Below are positions 36,803 through 47,063 of a stretch of 64,000 nucleotides of DNA, piece after piece (the first letter of the stretch is position 1; each line of letters begins with the position of its first letter). Source of the DNA: Planctomycetota bacterium (GTDB taxonomy: Bacteria; Planctomycetota; MHYJ01; JACPRB01); contig JBGPCZ010000005.1 in NCBI GenBank assembly GCA_041482015.1, positions 4,109 to 68,108 on the forward strand, in the 5' to 3' direction. The notes under the pieces were generated by a model that did no database searches, was not told where the DNA came from, and saw nothing but the letters and a program-made list of their open reading frames with translations. The translations under genes were made by a program, and so were the position numbers.

Positions 36803-39673
36803 ATGAACTGGAAAGTCGCGGCGACCGTCCTGGTCCTGGTGGGCGCGCTGGCCATCCTCATCCTCCTGGCGCCCCGGCCCCCCGCGATCCCGCTTCCTCC
36901 CCCGGCGATTTCGACGCCCGTCCCTTCGAAGCCATCGCCCGAACTCGCACGCGACTACGAGGACGCCGACGAGGATGCGGTGATGGAGCTCGAGGACATG
37001 CTTTCGGATCTTGCGGCCCAGGTGCGCCGCCGGGCGTGGGGCGGCGCTCTCTACCACGTGGCGGCCGACTTCGAAGGGAGCCCGCTCCTCCGCGAGGCCG
37101 ACGGCGCCGCGCAGGAGGTCGGCGGGGTCTCGATCGCCACGGCCGGACCCGATGCGCGCCGCCTGGACCGCGTTGCGTTCGGAAAGGCGCTCGTGGAATT
37201 CCCCGTCGACTCCGCCGTCTTCAAGATTCCCCGGGCCAAGCTCGAAGGAGAGACGCTCTCCGGCCAACTCAAGCTCGACGCGTCGCGGACATCGGCGGGG
37301 CGTGCGAAGCGCTGGGTCTCGACGGGCAACGTTGAGTTCGTCCATCGGAACGGCCGCTGGCTCCTCCGGAAGTTCGACGGGGCCGGGGTGAAAACGGAGG
37401 AGGGCGCGGTCCGCTTCCTCGACGTGACCGCGCGTGTCGGCTTGAAGAGCCAATACGGGTACGACGATCGCGACAATACTCAGGTCACCTTCGGGCGGCT
37501 CTTCCTGGGCGGGATCGCCGCTGGCGACATCGACGGAGACGGGCGGGTCGATCTCTTCGTCCCGCAGATCGGCTCCAGCCTTCTCTTCCGAAACGAGGGC
37601 GGCAGGTTCCGCGAGTGCGCGAAGGAGTGGGGTATTTCGAACGAGGACACGGGGGCGGCGGCGATCTTCCTCGATTACGACAACGATGGGCTCCTCGACC
37701 TGCTCATCGTCAACCATGAGCCGGAGAAGGTGTGGGACCGGAAGACGAAAACGCGCGTCGACAACGCGGGCCACCGCGCGATCGTGCTCTATCACAACGT
37801 GGGCGGCCGCTTCGTCGACGTGACGCGGGAGGCGGGCCTCGAGTGCCGCGGCCCGGCGATGAACGTGGTTGCGGCGGACGTCAACGGCGACGGGCTGCTG
37901 GACTTCTACGTCTGCATGTACAAGGACGAGTCGCTCGACGACCCCGACGCGCCGCAGGAGGTGCCGCGCGACGTGGCGGGCGCGCGCGACGGCGTGCCGA
38001 ACCAGCTCTGGATCAACCAGGGGAACGGGACCTTCAAGGAGGAGGCGGCGAAGCGGGGCGTGGCCGACACGGGGTGGAGCCTCGCGGCGGCGTTCGCCGA
38101 TTTCGACGGCGACGGAAAGCCCGATCTCTATCTCGCGAACGACTACGGTGAGAACCGTCTCTACCGGAACCGCGGCGACGGGACGTTCGAGGACGTGACG
38201 TCGAAGAGCGGGACGCGCGACGCCGGGTTCGGGATGGGCGCGACCTGGCTTGACTACGACGGAGACGGCAAGCTCGACCTCTACGTCTCGAACATGTACT
38301 CGACGGCGGGGAACCGGATCCTCGCGCGCGGGCCGGGGAAGCTTTCAAAGGAGCGGCACGAGAAGCTCCTCAAGATGGCGAACGGGAACACGCTCTTCCG
38401 GAACAACGGGGACGGGACGTTCACCGACGTGACGAAGGAGACGGGCGTCGGACGTGCGGGCTGGGCGTGGAGCTCCGCGGCGTACGACTACGACAACGAC
38501 GGCTGGCCGGATCTCTACGTGTCGAACGGGTTAAAGACGTCGTCCTTCGCAGTGGCGGACACGTGAGCGCCCTTCTGGCGCCTGGTTCGGGCGCGCACTC
38601 TTCACGAGGACAAGGCCGATGCCGGTGTGCCTTTGACCCGGACGTTTCACGAGCATCTCGAGTCGATCGCGCAAGGGGACTTCCGGAACATGGAGGTGCG
38701 GAACCGTCTTGATGTCGCAGCGAGGTCGGGCCGGCCTGGCCCGATGACCTCGTTCAGCGGCAACGAGGCGAAGCCGCTCTTCAAGAACACGGGGAAGGGG
38801 GAGTTCGTCGAGATCGGGACGACGCTCGGCGCGTCGCGGACCGAGGACGGCCGCGGATTCGTGCTCGTGGACCTGGACGGCGACGGCGCGCTGGACGTGG
38901 TGATGCACAACTTCTACCGGAATCCGATCGTCGCGCTGATGAACCGCGCGGCGGGCGACAACCGGTGGCTGCGCGTGAAGCTGCGGGGGACGAAGTCGAA
39001 CCGGTTCGGAATCGGCGCGCGGGTGACGGTGAACGGGCGGGTACAGGAGCTGGCCTGCGGGTCGGGCTACCAGTCGGGGAACGCGCCGGAGCTGCACTTC
39101 GGGCTGGGCCGCGCGGAGAAGGCGCACGTGAAGGTCCGCTGGCCATGGGGCGAATACACGGAGGTGTACGGAGGACTCGAGGCGAACCGAATCTACACGC
39201 TGACGGAAGGGGACGCGGCCGCGCTGAAGTCGGAGATGCTGAAACCCGTGGTGATCGAGCCCGACCCGGTCGAGCCGGCGCCGGCGGAGCCGGACGTGCG
39301 CGCGGTGCTGGCGATGCTCAAAACGCTGGGCGGCGATCCGTCGCCGGTGAAGGGGCCGGCGATCGTGGTGCTGGCGAGCGTGGAGTGCCGGGTGTGCATC
39401 GAGGAATTCAAAAGGCACGACGAGCTCGAGGCCCGGGCGTTCGAGTCAGGCGTGGAGTTGGTCTGGGTGGCGACCGACCCTGACCGAAAGCTGGTGGATG
39501 AGCGGTTCAAGGAGAACCAGGCGACGTTCCGGCCGCTGTACCCCGCCGAGCCGTTGAAGGACGTGGCGACGCCGACCGTCTACCTCGTCAAGAAGGACCG
39601 GCTGGAGAAGTTCACGGGCCGGTTCGCGGTGACGGCGGCGCTGGAGGCGGCGAGGGACAAACCTTCCCGGTAG
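36803..39673 (+). CDS. CRTAC1/ASPIC-UnbV family FG-GAP protein with C-terminal thioredoxin-like CxxC domain, containing an in-frame TGA at 38564-38566 (candidate Sec codon, or a pseudogene)
   Basis: ORFs 36803..38566 and 38627..39673 are in the same frame, with no other stop between them. FG-GAP repeats (GDIDGDGRVDLF, DYDNDGLLDL, DVNGDGLLDF, DFDGDGKPDLY, DYDGDGKLDLY, DYDNDGWPDLY). UnbV-ASPIC region (NRWLRVKLRGTKSNRFGIGARV). C-terminal VLASVECRVCIEEF. Confidence 0.6.
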
Positions 39674-39688
39674 AAACGTCCCCCCGGC

Positions 39689-41080
39689 CTACTTGGCGGC
39701 GGCCAGCTCGAAGTCCTTGTCCTCGGGGAGCGGCATTCCTTTCGTTTCGGGGCCCATCCAAGTGCCGATGAACCCGAGGATGTAGACGCAGACGACGACG
39801 CTGGCGGCCTGGGGCCATCCCCATTCCTTCTTCAGGAAGCCCAGCGCGAACGGAGCGGTGGCGGCGAGTATCCTGGCGGCATTGTAGGAGAAGCCGCAGC
39901 CGGTGGTCCGAAGGCGGGTCGGATAGAGCTCTGGGAAGTAGATGGTGAATCCCGAGAAAGGTCCAAGCGTGAAGAACCCCATGACCGGCGCGAGGATCAG
40001 CGCGTAGGTGCCCGCGTCCTTCCCCTTGCCGGAGACCGTCCAGAAGAAGACGAGCACCGAGATCCAGGCGAGGGCGAACGAGGCGAAGAAGGCCTTCCGT
40101 CGGTTGAACCTCTCCGTGACCACGGCGAATGCGTAAATGCCGAAGAAGGATCCCAGGTTCTGAAGGATGAACATGATGTTCTTCAGCTGGTTCCGGGGGC
40201 CCTCCTCCATTCCTCCCTTCCTGAGCTCGACGATGACGAGGTCGGTGCTGAAGAATCCCACACCCCAAAGCGCGCCGACCCCGGCGGTGCCCATCAGGAC
40301 GGCGGCGATGAGGTTCCTCCGGAGGAGAGGGTGGGTGAAGAGTTCGCCGATCTTTCCCAGCTCCTTGCCGACGGAGGCGTGCTCCTTGGCGTGGACCCAC
40401 TGCTCGGGCTCCTTCACGGAGCGCCGGATCCAGAGGACGAGGAGCGCCGGAATCGCCCCGATGAAGTAGACGATGCGCCACGCCTGGACCTGCTGGATGC
40501 CCGCCCCTTCAATGCCCCAGGTGATCAAACCCGCGGTCACGTTTCCGATCGCCGAAAGCGCCTGGAGAAAGCCGAGCGCCATGGGTCGGGAGCGTTGGGG
40601 GAAGGTTTCTGCGACAAGCGCAGCGCCGGCGGCCCATTCGCCCCCGACGCCGATTCCCGTCATGAACCGTGCGGCCGCATAGAGCATCCAGTGATTGACG
40701 AAGCCGCTGGCCCCCGTGAAGACCGCATAGATCAGGATCGTGACGATCATCGTCTTCGTGCGGCCCAGGCGGTCGCCCAGGATGCCGAAGATGAATCCCC
40801 CGGCGGCCCAACCCAGGAGGAACACCGAGGTGACGACGCTCCCCTTGAAGGCGACGTCGTCTTCGAACGCCTTTCGTTGCTCCGGCGCGAGCTTTGCCCG
40901 CTCCGCCTTCGGCATCAGGAGGTCCTGTACGGACGTCGTGCGGACCAGGTTGAAGAGGTTCTGGTCCATCGTGTCGAAAAGCCAGCCCAGGGCCGAGATG
41001 ACGAGGACGACCCAGCAGTAGCGCTCGAGGCCCTGGTACCACTTCAGGGGCTTGCCCGACGGCGAGACGGCCTGGTCCAT
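39689..41080 (-). CDS. MFS transporter
   Basis: 463-aa 12-TM-like protein with a GDRLGRTKT motif in the loop 2-3 position. Confidence 0.85.
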   Translation of the reverse strand: MDQAVSPSGKPLKWYQGLERYCWVVLVISALGWLFDTMDQNLFNLVRTTSVQDLLMPKAERAKLAPEQRKAFEDDVAFKGSVVTSVFLLGWAAGGFIFGILGDRLGRTKTMIVTILIYAVFTGASGFVNHWMLYAAARFMTGIGVGGEWAAGAALVAETFPQRSRPMALGFLQALSAIGNVTAGLITWGIEGAGIQQVQAWRIVYFIGAIPALLVLWIRRSVKEPEQWVHAKEHASVGKELGKIGELFTHPLLRRNLIAAVLMGTAGVGALWGVGFFSTDLVIVELRKGGMEEGPRNQLKNIMFILQNLGSFFGIYAFAVVTERFNRRKAFFASFALAWISVLVFFWTVSGKGKDAGTYALILAPVMGFFTLGPFSGFTIYFPELYPTRLRTTGCGFSYNAARILAATAPFALGFLKKEWGWPQAASVVVCVYILGFIGTWMGPETKGMPLPEDKDFELAAAK

Positions 41081-41160
41081 GAGTTTTCCTGTTGGCTCCC
41101 CGATTCCGCGCGCGTGGAGGAGGGATGATACTGTAACGCCGCGGAGCCTAGAAGTTTTTG

Positions 41161-41189
41161 TTCACGGCCGTGCCCGCGATCCGCATAAT
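41161..41189 (+). promoter_or_regulatory. promoter candidate TTCACG-17 nt-CATAAT, 8 nt upstream of ATG 41198
   Basis: Hexamers and spacing were read directly from the sequence. No SD is present. Confidence 0.35.
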
Positions 41190-41197
41190 CCCCCCTT

Positions 41198-41866
41198 ATG
41201 AACATCAAGCCGCCCGTCATCCAGATCGCGCTCGACTACCCGACGATCGACGAAGCGATCGCCATGGCCAAGATCGGGATCGCGGCCGGCGTCGACTGGC
41301 TCGAGGCGGGGACGCCGCTCATCGTGGCGCAAGGCGCGGGCACGATCGGCCAGCTCAAGCGCGCCTACCCGGCCTACCCGGTCCTCGGCGACTACAAGAC
41401 CATGGACTCGGGTGGGAAGAACAACCTCCTGACCCAGAAGCAGGGCGGGCAGGTCATGACGATCTGCGGGAACGCGCCCGACGAGACGGTCCAGGCGGGC
41501 GTCACTGCGGCGAAGGAGTCGGGCGTGTGGGTCGTCGTCGACCTCATCGGCTGCAAGAACGTCGGCGCGCGGGCGAAGCAGTGCGAGGCGTGGGGCGTCA
41601 ACATGATCTACCTGCACTACGGCGCGGACCAGCGCCGGGCCGACGCGACGCGCGACTCGGTCCAGTGGCTCGAGGAGACGCAGGCCGCGGTCAGGATCCC
41701 GATCGGGGTCGGGACGTTCGGCGTGGAGGATGCGGTCCGCGCGGTCTCAAAAGGCGCGGAGCTCGTCGCCATCGGCCACCCGCTGATCAGCGGCGACCAG
41801 CCCCTCGAGGCGCTGACCGACTACTGCAAGAAGGTGCGCGCCGCCTACCGTCCGCGCGCAGGATAA
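41198..41866 (+). CDS. 3-hexulose-6-phosphate synthase / KGPDC family (OMP-decarboxylase-like) protein
   Basis: VIQIALDYPTIDEAI...WLEAGTPLI...GDYKTMD matches the HPS/UlaD-type signature. Confidence 0.75.
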   Translation: MNIKPPVIQIALDYPTIDEAIAMAKIGIAAGVDWLEAGTPLIVAQGAGTIGQLKRAYPAYPVLGDYKTMDSGGKNNLLTQKQGGQVMTICGNAPDETVQAGVTAAKESGVWVVVDLIGCKNVGARAKQCEAWGVNMIYLHYGADQRRADATRDSVQWLEETQAAVRIPIGVGTFGVEDAVRAVSKGAELVAIGHPLISGDQPLEALTDYCKKVRAAYRPRAG

Positions 41867-41880
41867 TCCAACAGGCGGTT

Positions 41881-42855
41881 TTATCCCACGCGGTGGCGGA
41901 GGCGGTCCAGGGCGACCGCCGCCACGATGATCACGCCGGTGACGATCTCCTGGCGGTAGTTGGGCCAGCCCATCTGCGAGCAGCCCGAGTCGATCGTCTG
42001 CATAATGAGCGTCCCGACCAGGGCGCCCAGCACCGATCCCTCCCCGCCCGACAGGCTTCCGCCCCCGATCACGACGGCGGCGATCGCCCGCAACTCGTGG
42101 CCCTGGGCCTCGCTCGGATCGCCTCCCCCGAGGTAGGAGAAGTAGGTCAGCCCGGAGAGGCCTGCAAAGAGGCCGCCCAGCGTGTAGACGATCACCTTGA
42201 CGCGGTCCGCCGGCACGCCGCACAGGCGGGCCGCCGCCTCGTTCGAGCCCACCGCGAACAGGTGGCGGCCCAGCCGCGTGTACCGGAGGAGTGCCGCCAC
42301 CGCGACCGCCAGTCCCAGCATGATCCACACGCCCGGGGCCAGGAGCATCCAGCGGTGATGCTCCCCCGGGCGCGAGAGCAGGTCGTTCAGCCACGACACG
42401 GGGGGCGTTACTTTCTCCTCGTGGGCGATCCCCTTGGCCGCCCCCCGGAAGATGAGCAGCGTCCCCAGGGTCACGATGAACGGCACCATGCGGAGCCGGG
42501 TGACCAGGACGCCGTTGATCGCGCCGCACGCAACCCCGGTCAGCACCCCGGCGGTCGCCGCGCCGGCCGGCGACCAGCCGTGCTCCTTGATCAGCACGCC
42601 GATCACCACGGTCGTGAGGGCGACGACGGAGCCGATCGAAAGATCGATTCCCCCCGCGATGATGACCATCGTCATCCCGAGCGCGGCCATCCCCACCATC
42701 ACGCTCTGCCGGAACGTCGTCTCGATGTTCCGGCCGCTCGTGAAACTCTCCGGGGCGATCGCGGCGAAGAAGATGAAGACGGCCCCCAGCCCGAGGAACG
42801 GGCCGAATCGGTTTAGCATCCCCCATCCGTCGAACCGGCCCCCGGGAGCGCTCAC
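41881..42855 (-). CDS. sugar ABC transporter permease (RbsC/AraH-like)
   Basis: Polytopic 324-aa protein with IIAGGIDLSIGS and GGGSLSGGEGS motifs typical of ribose-type permeases. The GTG start overlaps the ATPase stop. Confidence 0.85.
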   Translation of the reverse strand: MSAPGGRFDGWGMLNRFGPFLGLGAVFIFFAAIAPESFTSGRNIETTFRQSVMVGMAALGMTMVIIAGGIDLSIGSVVALTTVVIGVLIKEHGWSPAGAATAGVLTGVACGAINGVLVTRLRMVPFIVTLGTLLIFRGAAKGIAHEEKVTPPVSWLNDLLSRPGEHHRWMLLAPGVWIMLGLAVAVAALLRYTRLGRHLFAVGSNEAAARLCGVPADRVKVIVYTLGGLFAGLSGLTYFSYLGGGDPSEAQGHELRAIAAVVIGGGSLSGGEGSVLGALVGTLIMQTIDSGCSQMGWPNYRQEIVTGVIIVAAVALDRLRHRVG

Positions 42856-44363
42856 GCGGCGTCCTCCTGGCCCGTGGCCTCGAGCAGGAGAGTCCGCTCA
42901 TCAAGCCCTCCGGCCGGACGCGCCGGGCCGAGTCGCCCGCGGCACATCACCGCGATCCGGTCGCACACCCCAAGCAGCTCGGGGAGATAGCTCGAGACGA
43001 TGACCACTCCGCGCGGCCGCTCGTTCCTCGAGACCAGCTCGTCAATCAGCCCGTAGATCTGGGCTTTCGATCCCACGTCGATCCCGCGGGTCGGCTCGTC
43101 GAGGAGAAAGATCTCCGCATCGTGGTGGAGCAGCCGGGCGATCGCCACCTTCTGCTGGTTGCCTCCCGAGAGGTCGCGGGCCCGCTGGCGGGGTCCCAGG
43201 CAGGAGATCGCGAGTTTCTCGATCCATCCCCGCGCCGCCTCCTCCTGCCCCGACGGGAGCACGAGGGGCTTGTCAAGCCGGGGAAGCGTCAGGTTGTCGA
43301 CCACGCTGAGGTCGAGTAGGAGCCCTTCGGACTTCCGATCCTCGCTGACGAGGCCCATGCCCTGCGCCCATCGGCGTGACGGAGAGGAGGGGCCGATGTA
43401 GGCGCCCACGCGGACCGACCCGCTCCTGACGCGGTCCAGCCCGAAGATCGCGCGCAGGAGTTCGGTCCGCCCGGCCCCGACGAGCCCCGCGATCCCGAGG
43501 ACCTCGCCGCGTCGCAGCTCGAATCTCGCGGAGAGCGGCTTCTCCCGCCCGGCGAGGCCTTCCACCGAGAGGAGCACCTCGCCCGCGTTTCGAGGGGAAC
43601 GGGGATAGAGTTCGCCCAGGGTACGGCCCACCATGAGGTTGACGATCTGCCGCGGGGTCGCCTCCGCCATTGCGCCGCCGCCCACCGTCTTCCCGTCGCG
43701 AAGCACGGTGAACCTCCCGGCCACCCTTTTGCATTCCTCGATGAAGTGGGAGATGTAGACGATCGCGAGACCCTGGCGGCGGAGACGCTCGACCAGGGCG
43801 AACAGCTGCTCGACGTCCTTGAGCGTGATCGAGCTCGTGGGCTCGTCGAGGACCAGGACGCGACAGCCCACGGCAAGGGCGCGGCCGATCTCGACGATTT
43901 GCTGCTGGGCGATGGAGAGTGACGAGACCTTCGCGTCGGGCCGGATCTCGGGGTGGTTGAGCTGCTCCAGCGCGTCGAGCGTCCTGAGGCGGATCTCGCG
44001 CCGGTCCAGGAGGCCCCACCGAGCCGGCTCCATCCCGAGAACCACGTTCTCCTCAACGGTGAGGTGGCGTGCGAGCGAGAGCTCCTGGTAGATCATGGCC
44101 ACGCCCATCCGGCGGCCCTCGAGCGGGTCGCGGGGGGCGTAGGGCCTCCCGTCCAGGAGCATCTCGCCCCCGTCGGGCGCGTGGGCTCCCGAAAGGATCT
44201 TCATGAGGGTGCTCTTCCCGGCGCCGTTCTGGCCGAGGAGGGCGTGGACTTCGCCGGCGGGGACGGCCAGGGTGACGTCGTCGAGCGCGATCGTCGCGCC
44301 GAACCGCTTGTGGACCCCGCGCATCTCGAGGCGCGGGGCGCCCGTGGGCGCTACTTCAGCCAT
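42852..44363 (-). CDS. sugar ABC transporter ATP-binding protein, duplicated ABC domains (RbsA-like)
   Basis: Walker A GQNGAGKST, signature LSIAQQQ / LSGGNQQK, Walker B LVLDEPT / FLLDEPT. ATG at 44361-44363. Confidence 0.9.
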   Translation of the reverse strand: MAEVAPTGAPRLEMRGVHKRFGATIALDDVTLAVPAGEVHALLGQNGAGKSTLMKILSGAHAPDGGEMLLDGRPYAPRDPLEGRRMGVAMIYQELSLARHLTVEENVVLGMEPARWGLLDRREIRLRTLDALEQLNHPEIRPDAKVSSLSIAQQQIVEIGRALAVGCRVLVLDEPTSSITLKDVEQLFALVERLRRQGLAIVYISHFIEECKRVAGRFTVLRDGKTVGGGAMAEATPRQIVNLMVGRTLGELYPRSPRNAGEVLLSVEGLAGREKPLSARFELRRGEVLGIAGLVGAGRTELLRAIFGLDRVRSGSVRVGAYIGPSSPSRRWAQGMGLVSEDRKSEGLLLDLSVVDNLTLPRLDKPLVLPSGQEEAARGWIEKLAISCLGPRQRARDLSGGNQQKVAIARLLHHDAEIFLLDEPTRGIDVGSKAQIYGLIDELVSRNERPRGVVIVSSYLPELLGVCDRIAVMCRGRLGPARPAGGLDERTLLLEATGQEDAA

Positions 44364-45343
44364 TTCTCGTAGTCCGGCTGGAGCAGCTCCTTCATCTCCG
44401 GCTGGTCCATGGTCCCGGGCGTGACGAGCTTTGCGCCGGTGTCGATCTTCCGCGCGGGCTTTCCCCCGCGGAGGTGTTCGACCATCGTCTTGACGCCCAG
44501 GTATCCCATGCGCATCGGATCCTGGAGGATCAGGCCGTGGATCTGGCCGGCCTTCAGGGCTTGGACGAGGACGGGGGAGCTGTCGAAGCCGACGAACTTC
44601 ACCTTGCCCGCGAGGCCCGCCTTCCTCAGTGCCTCCAGCATCCCGGCGGTTGTCGACTCGTTCGGACAGTAGATGCCGTCGACGGTCAGCGCGTCCCCCT
44701 TGATGAAGGGGGCGAGGAGGTTCTCGCTCTCCTTCTGGGCGCTCCCGGCCGTCGCGCCGCCGTGACGGTTGGAGCTGACGACCTCGATCCCCTTGTGTTC
44801 GCCGATCGCGTCCATGAATCCCTTCTCGCGGTTCACAGTGCTTGCGGATCCCTCCTGGTAGCGGAGCATGATCACCTTCCCCTTGTCGCCGAGCACGCTG
44901 GCCATGTGATCGCCCGCCATCCGGCCGCCCTTGTAGTTGTCCGTGGCCACGAAGCTGACGTAGTCTTCGCTCTTGAGGTCGGAGTCGATGATCACAACGG
45001 GGATTCCGCTCTTTACCGCCTCGTTGACCGGGCGGACCAGGGCGGCGTCGTCGAGCGGCGCCAGCACGATGCCCGCGACTTTCCGGGTGATGAAGTTTTC
45101 GACCTCCTTGATCTGGTCCGCGCGGTCGTCCTCCTTCACGGGGCCTTTCCAGACGATCTCGACGTCGAGCTCCCTCGAAGCCTTGACCGCTCCCGCATGT
45201 ATGGATTTCCAAAACTCGTGGGAGGTTCCCTTGGGGATGACGGCCAGCGTCAGCTTCTTGGCGCCGCCCCCAGGCGGGGTCCCGTGCTTCGAGTCGCACG
45301 CGAGGAAGCCGAGGACCGCGAGGCAGAGGATCCATGAGCGCAT
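44351..45343 (-). CDS. sugar ABC transporter substrate-binding lipoprotein (RbsB-like)
   Basis: Lipobox VLGFLACDS. Periplasmic-binding-protein type I pattern AVIPKG..HEFW...GIVLAPLD...PVVIIDSD. Confidence 0.9.
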   Translation of the reverse strand: MRSWILCLAVLGFLACDSKHGTPPGGGAKKLTLAVIPKGTSHEFWKSIHAGAVKASRELDVEIVWKGPVKEDDRADQIKEVENFITRKVAGIVLAPLDDAALVRPVNEAVKSGIPVVIIDSDLKSEDYVSFVATDNYKGGRMAGDHMASVLGDKGKVIMLRYQEGSASTVNREKGFMDAIGEHKGIEVVSSNRHGGATAGSAQKESENLLAPFIKGDALTVDGIYCPNESTTAGMLEALRKAGLAGKVKFVGFDSSPVLVQALKAGQIHGLILQDPMRMGYLGVKTMVEHLRGGKPARKIDTGAKLVTPGTMDQPEMKELLQPDYEKWLK

Positions 45344-45436
45344 GCGAAGCCGCCTTTCGAAGGAACGGGAGTCATGATAGGAATACGTCCCGGGCCCTTG
45401 CAAGGAACGGCAATCGCCCCGTATCATCGGCCCCCG

Positions 45437-45670
45437 ATGGATACCGTGGGCCCGCCCGAGATCATGCGCATCCTGGCGGTCACCGACGCGCTCGGCTTCC
45501 ACCGCGAGGCGGTCGCGATCCCTCTTTGGCCGAAAGGGAAGGGGGAAATTCGCACGCGCGGCGCGAAGCTCGAGATCTCCGCGCCCGCGGAGGGCGACTT
45601 CGAGGCGTGGCTCGCGGCGCTCCCCGCCCAGCTCCGCTCGATGGAGCTCTCGTCCGTCCGCCGCGCCTGA
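45437..45670 (+). CDS. small hypothetical protein
   Basis: 77-aa ORF with GC3-rich codons. No recognisable family, and the start is uncertain (the ORF opens at 45374). Confidence 0.35.
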   Translation: MDTVGPPEIMRILAVTDALGFHREAVAIPLWPKGKGEIRTRGAKLEISAPAEGDFEAWLAALPAQLRSMELSSVRRA

Positions 45671-45679
45671 CCGGCCCGC

Positions 45680-46378
45680 TTACTTCAGCTCGCGGACCTT
45701 GATGTTCTTGAACTCCACCTTGTCGCCGTGATCCTGCAGGTCGATGTGGCCCTTGGACTCCTTGGCGTAGCGCGCGGTCTTCGCCCACTTGCTCGCGGCG
45801 ATCCGCTTGTTCCAGTCCTCGCTCCCGATCTCGCACTCGACGACCTTCTCACCGTTGAGCCAGTGCTCGAGGTGGTTCCCCTTGGCGACGATCTTCGTGA
45901 CGTTCCACTCGCCGGCGGGCTTGCAGACATCCTTCGCGGGCTCGATCACGTCGTAGACCGAGCCGGCCGAGGTCTTGGGCTTCTTGCCGTCGGGGTGCTT
46001 GGCATTGTCGAGCACCTGGTACTCGGGGCCGGTTTCGTACGGCGCACCGCCGGTCTCGCTGACGCGGTACATGATCCCGCTGTTGCCGCCCGCGGCGATC
46101 CGCCAGGTGGCCGCGAACTCGAAGTCGGCGAACTCCTCGACGGTGCAGATGTCGCCCCCGCCCTTGGCCCGGGTGAGCACGCCCTCGACGACCTGCCAGC
46201 CGTCGGGCATCTTGTCCTTCTTGTAGCCGCGCCAGCCGTCGGTCGTCTTGCCGTCGAAGAGGAGCTTCCAGCCGGCCTTCTTCTCCTCGTCGGTCAGCGT
46301 GTTGTCCTCGCGGATGGCGGGGCGGGCGAGGGCGGCGGCGAGCGCGGCCATCACCAGCAGTTTTGAAAGTCCGAGCAT
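45680..46378 (-). CDS. DUF1080 (3-keto-disaccharide hydrolase-like) secreted protein
   Basis: Signal peptide, then GWKLLFDGKTTDGWRGY...GNSGIMYR...HIDLQDHGDKVEFKNIKVREL, the DUF1080 hallmark. Confidence 0.85.
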   Translation of the reverse strand: MLGLSKLLVMAALAAALARPAIREDNTLTDEEKKAGWKLLFDGKTTDGWRGYKKDKMPDGWQVVEGVLTRAKGGGDICTVEEFADFEFAATWRIAAGGNSGIMYRVSETGGAPYETGPEYQVLDNAKHPDGKKPKTSAGSVYDVIEPAKDVCKPAGEWNVTKIVAKGNHLEHWLNGEKVVECEIGSEDWNKRIAASKWAKTARYAKESKGHIDLQDHGDKVEFKNIKVRELK

Positions 46379-46465
46379 CTCTTCCTCCTTGGGGATTGCG
46401 TCCTTCCGTCACACGACGGGCCGATGATGATAGACGAGACGGCGGAGGCTGTCCAGCGTGCGGGC

Positions 46466-46972
46466 CTAGATGTCCGTCTGGATCTCCGGTCCCTTGGCGC
46501 GGCGGCGCGTCGCGGTCCGGGTCTTGTACTCGGGGGAGGTGAACCACTCGCGCATGCTCGCGATCTTCTTCCCGTCGGCCGGCGTGAGGCCCCTGAATTC
46601 GATCCCTGCGTAGTAATCCTTCTCGCTCCGCCCGCTCTGCTCGCACCAGCGGACGACCCCTTCCACCTCGATCACGTCCTCGAAGCTCGCCATCTCGATC
46701 CGGACGACAACCTTCGTCCCGGCCGGGATCTTCTCGTGGGCAACCAGGAGCGTGCCCCCTTCCGACAGGTTGATGGCGGCCCGCGCCTTGTTGACCTTCC
46801 CCAGGCCGATCGAGGTGAGGAAGCCCTTGATGTACATCTTGGCGGAGGCGTCGTCGATCCGGAACCGGAAGTGCTTGCGGAGCTCCTGGCGGGAGAGTTT
46901 GGCATGGCTTCCCGAGGAGGACTCCTTCCGGGCCTCCGGAGGAATGGGACCCTGAGGCAACAGCTCTGCCAT
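46466..46972 (-). CDS. PilZ domain protein
   Basis: RKHFRFRI (RxxxR) and NLSEGG (D/NxSxxG) c-di-GMP-binding motifs. Confidence 0.7.
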   Translation of the reverse strand: MAELLPQGPIPPEARKESSSGSHAKLSRQELRKHFRFRIDDASAKMYIKGFLTSIGLGKVNKARAAINLSEGGTLLVAHEKIPAGTKVVVRIEMASFEDVIEVEGVVRWCEQSGRSEKDYYAGIEFRGLTPADGKKIASMREWFTSPEYKTRTATRRRAKGPEIQTDI

Positions 46973-47063
46973 ACCCTATTCCCTCAACCCCCTGCCGCTC
47001 CCCGCTCCTGACAGCACTATAACCCAAGCGAGTGGGGAAAATCCCTCCGTTATGATTTCCCCG

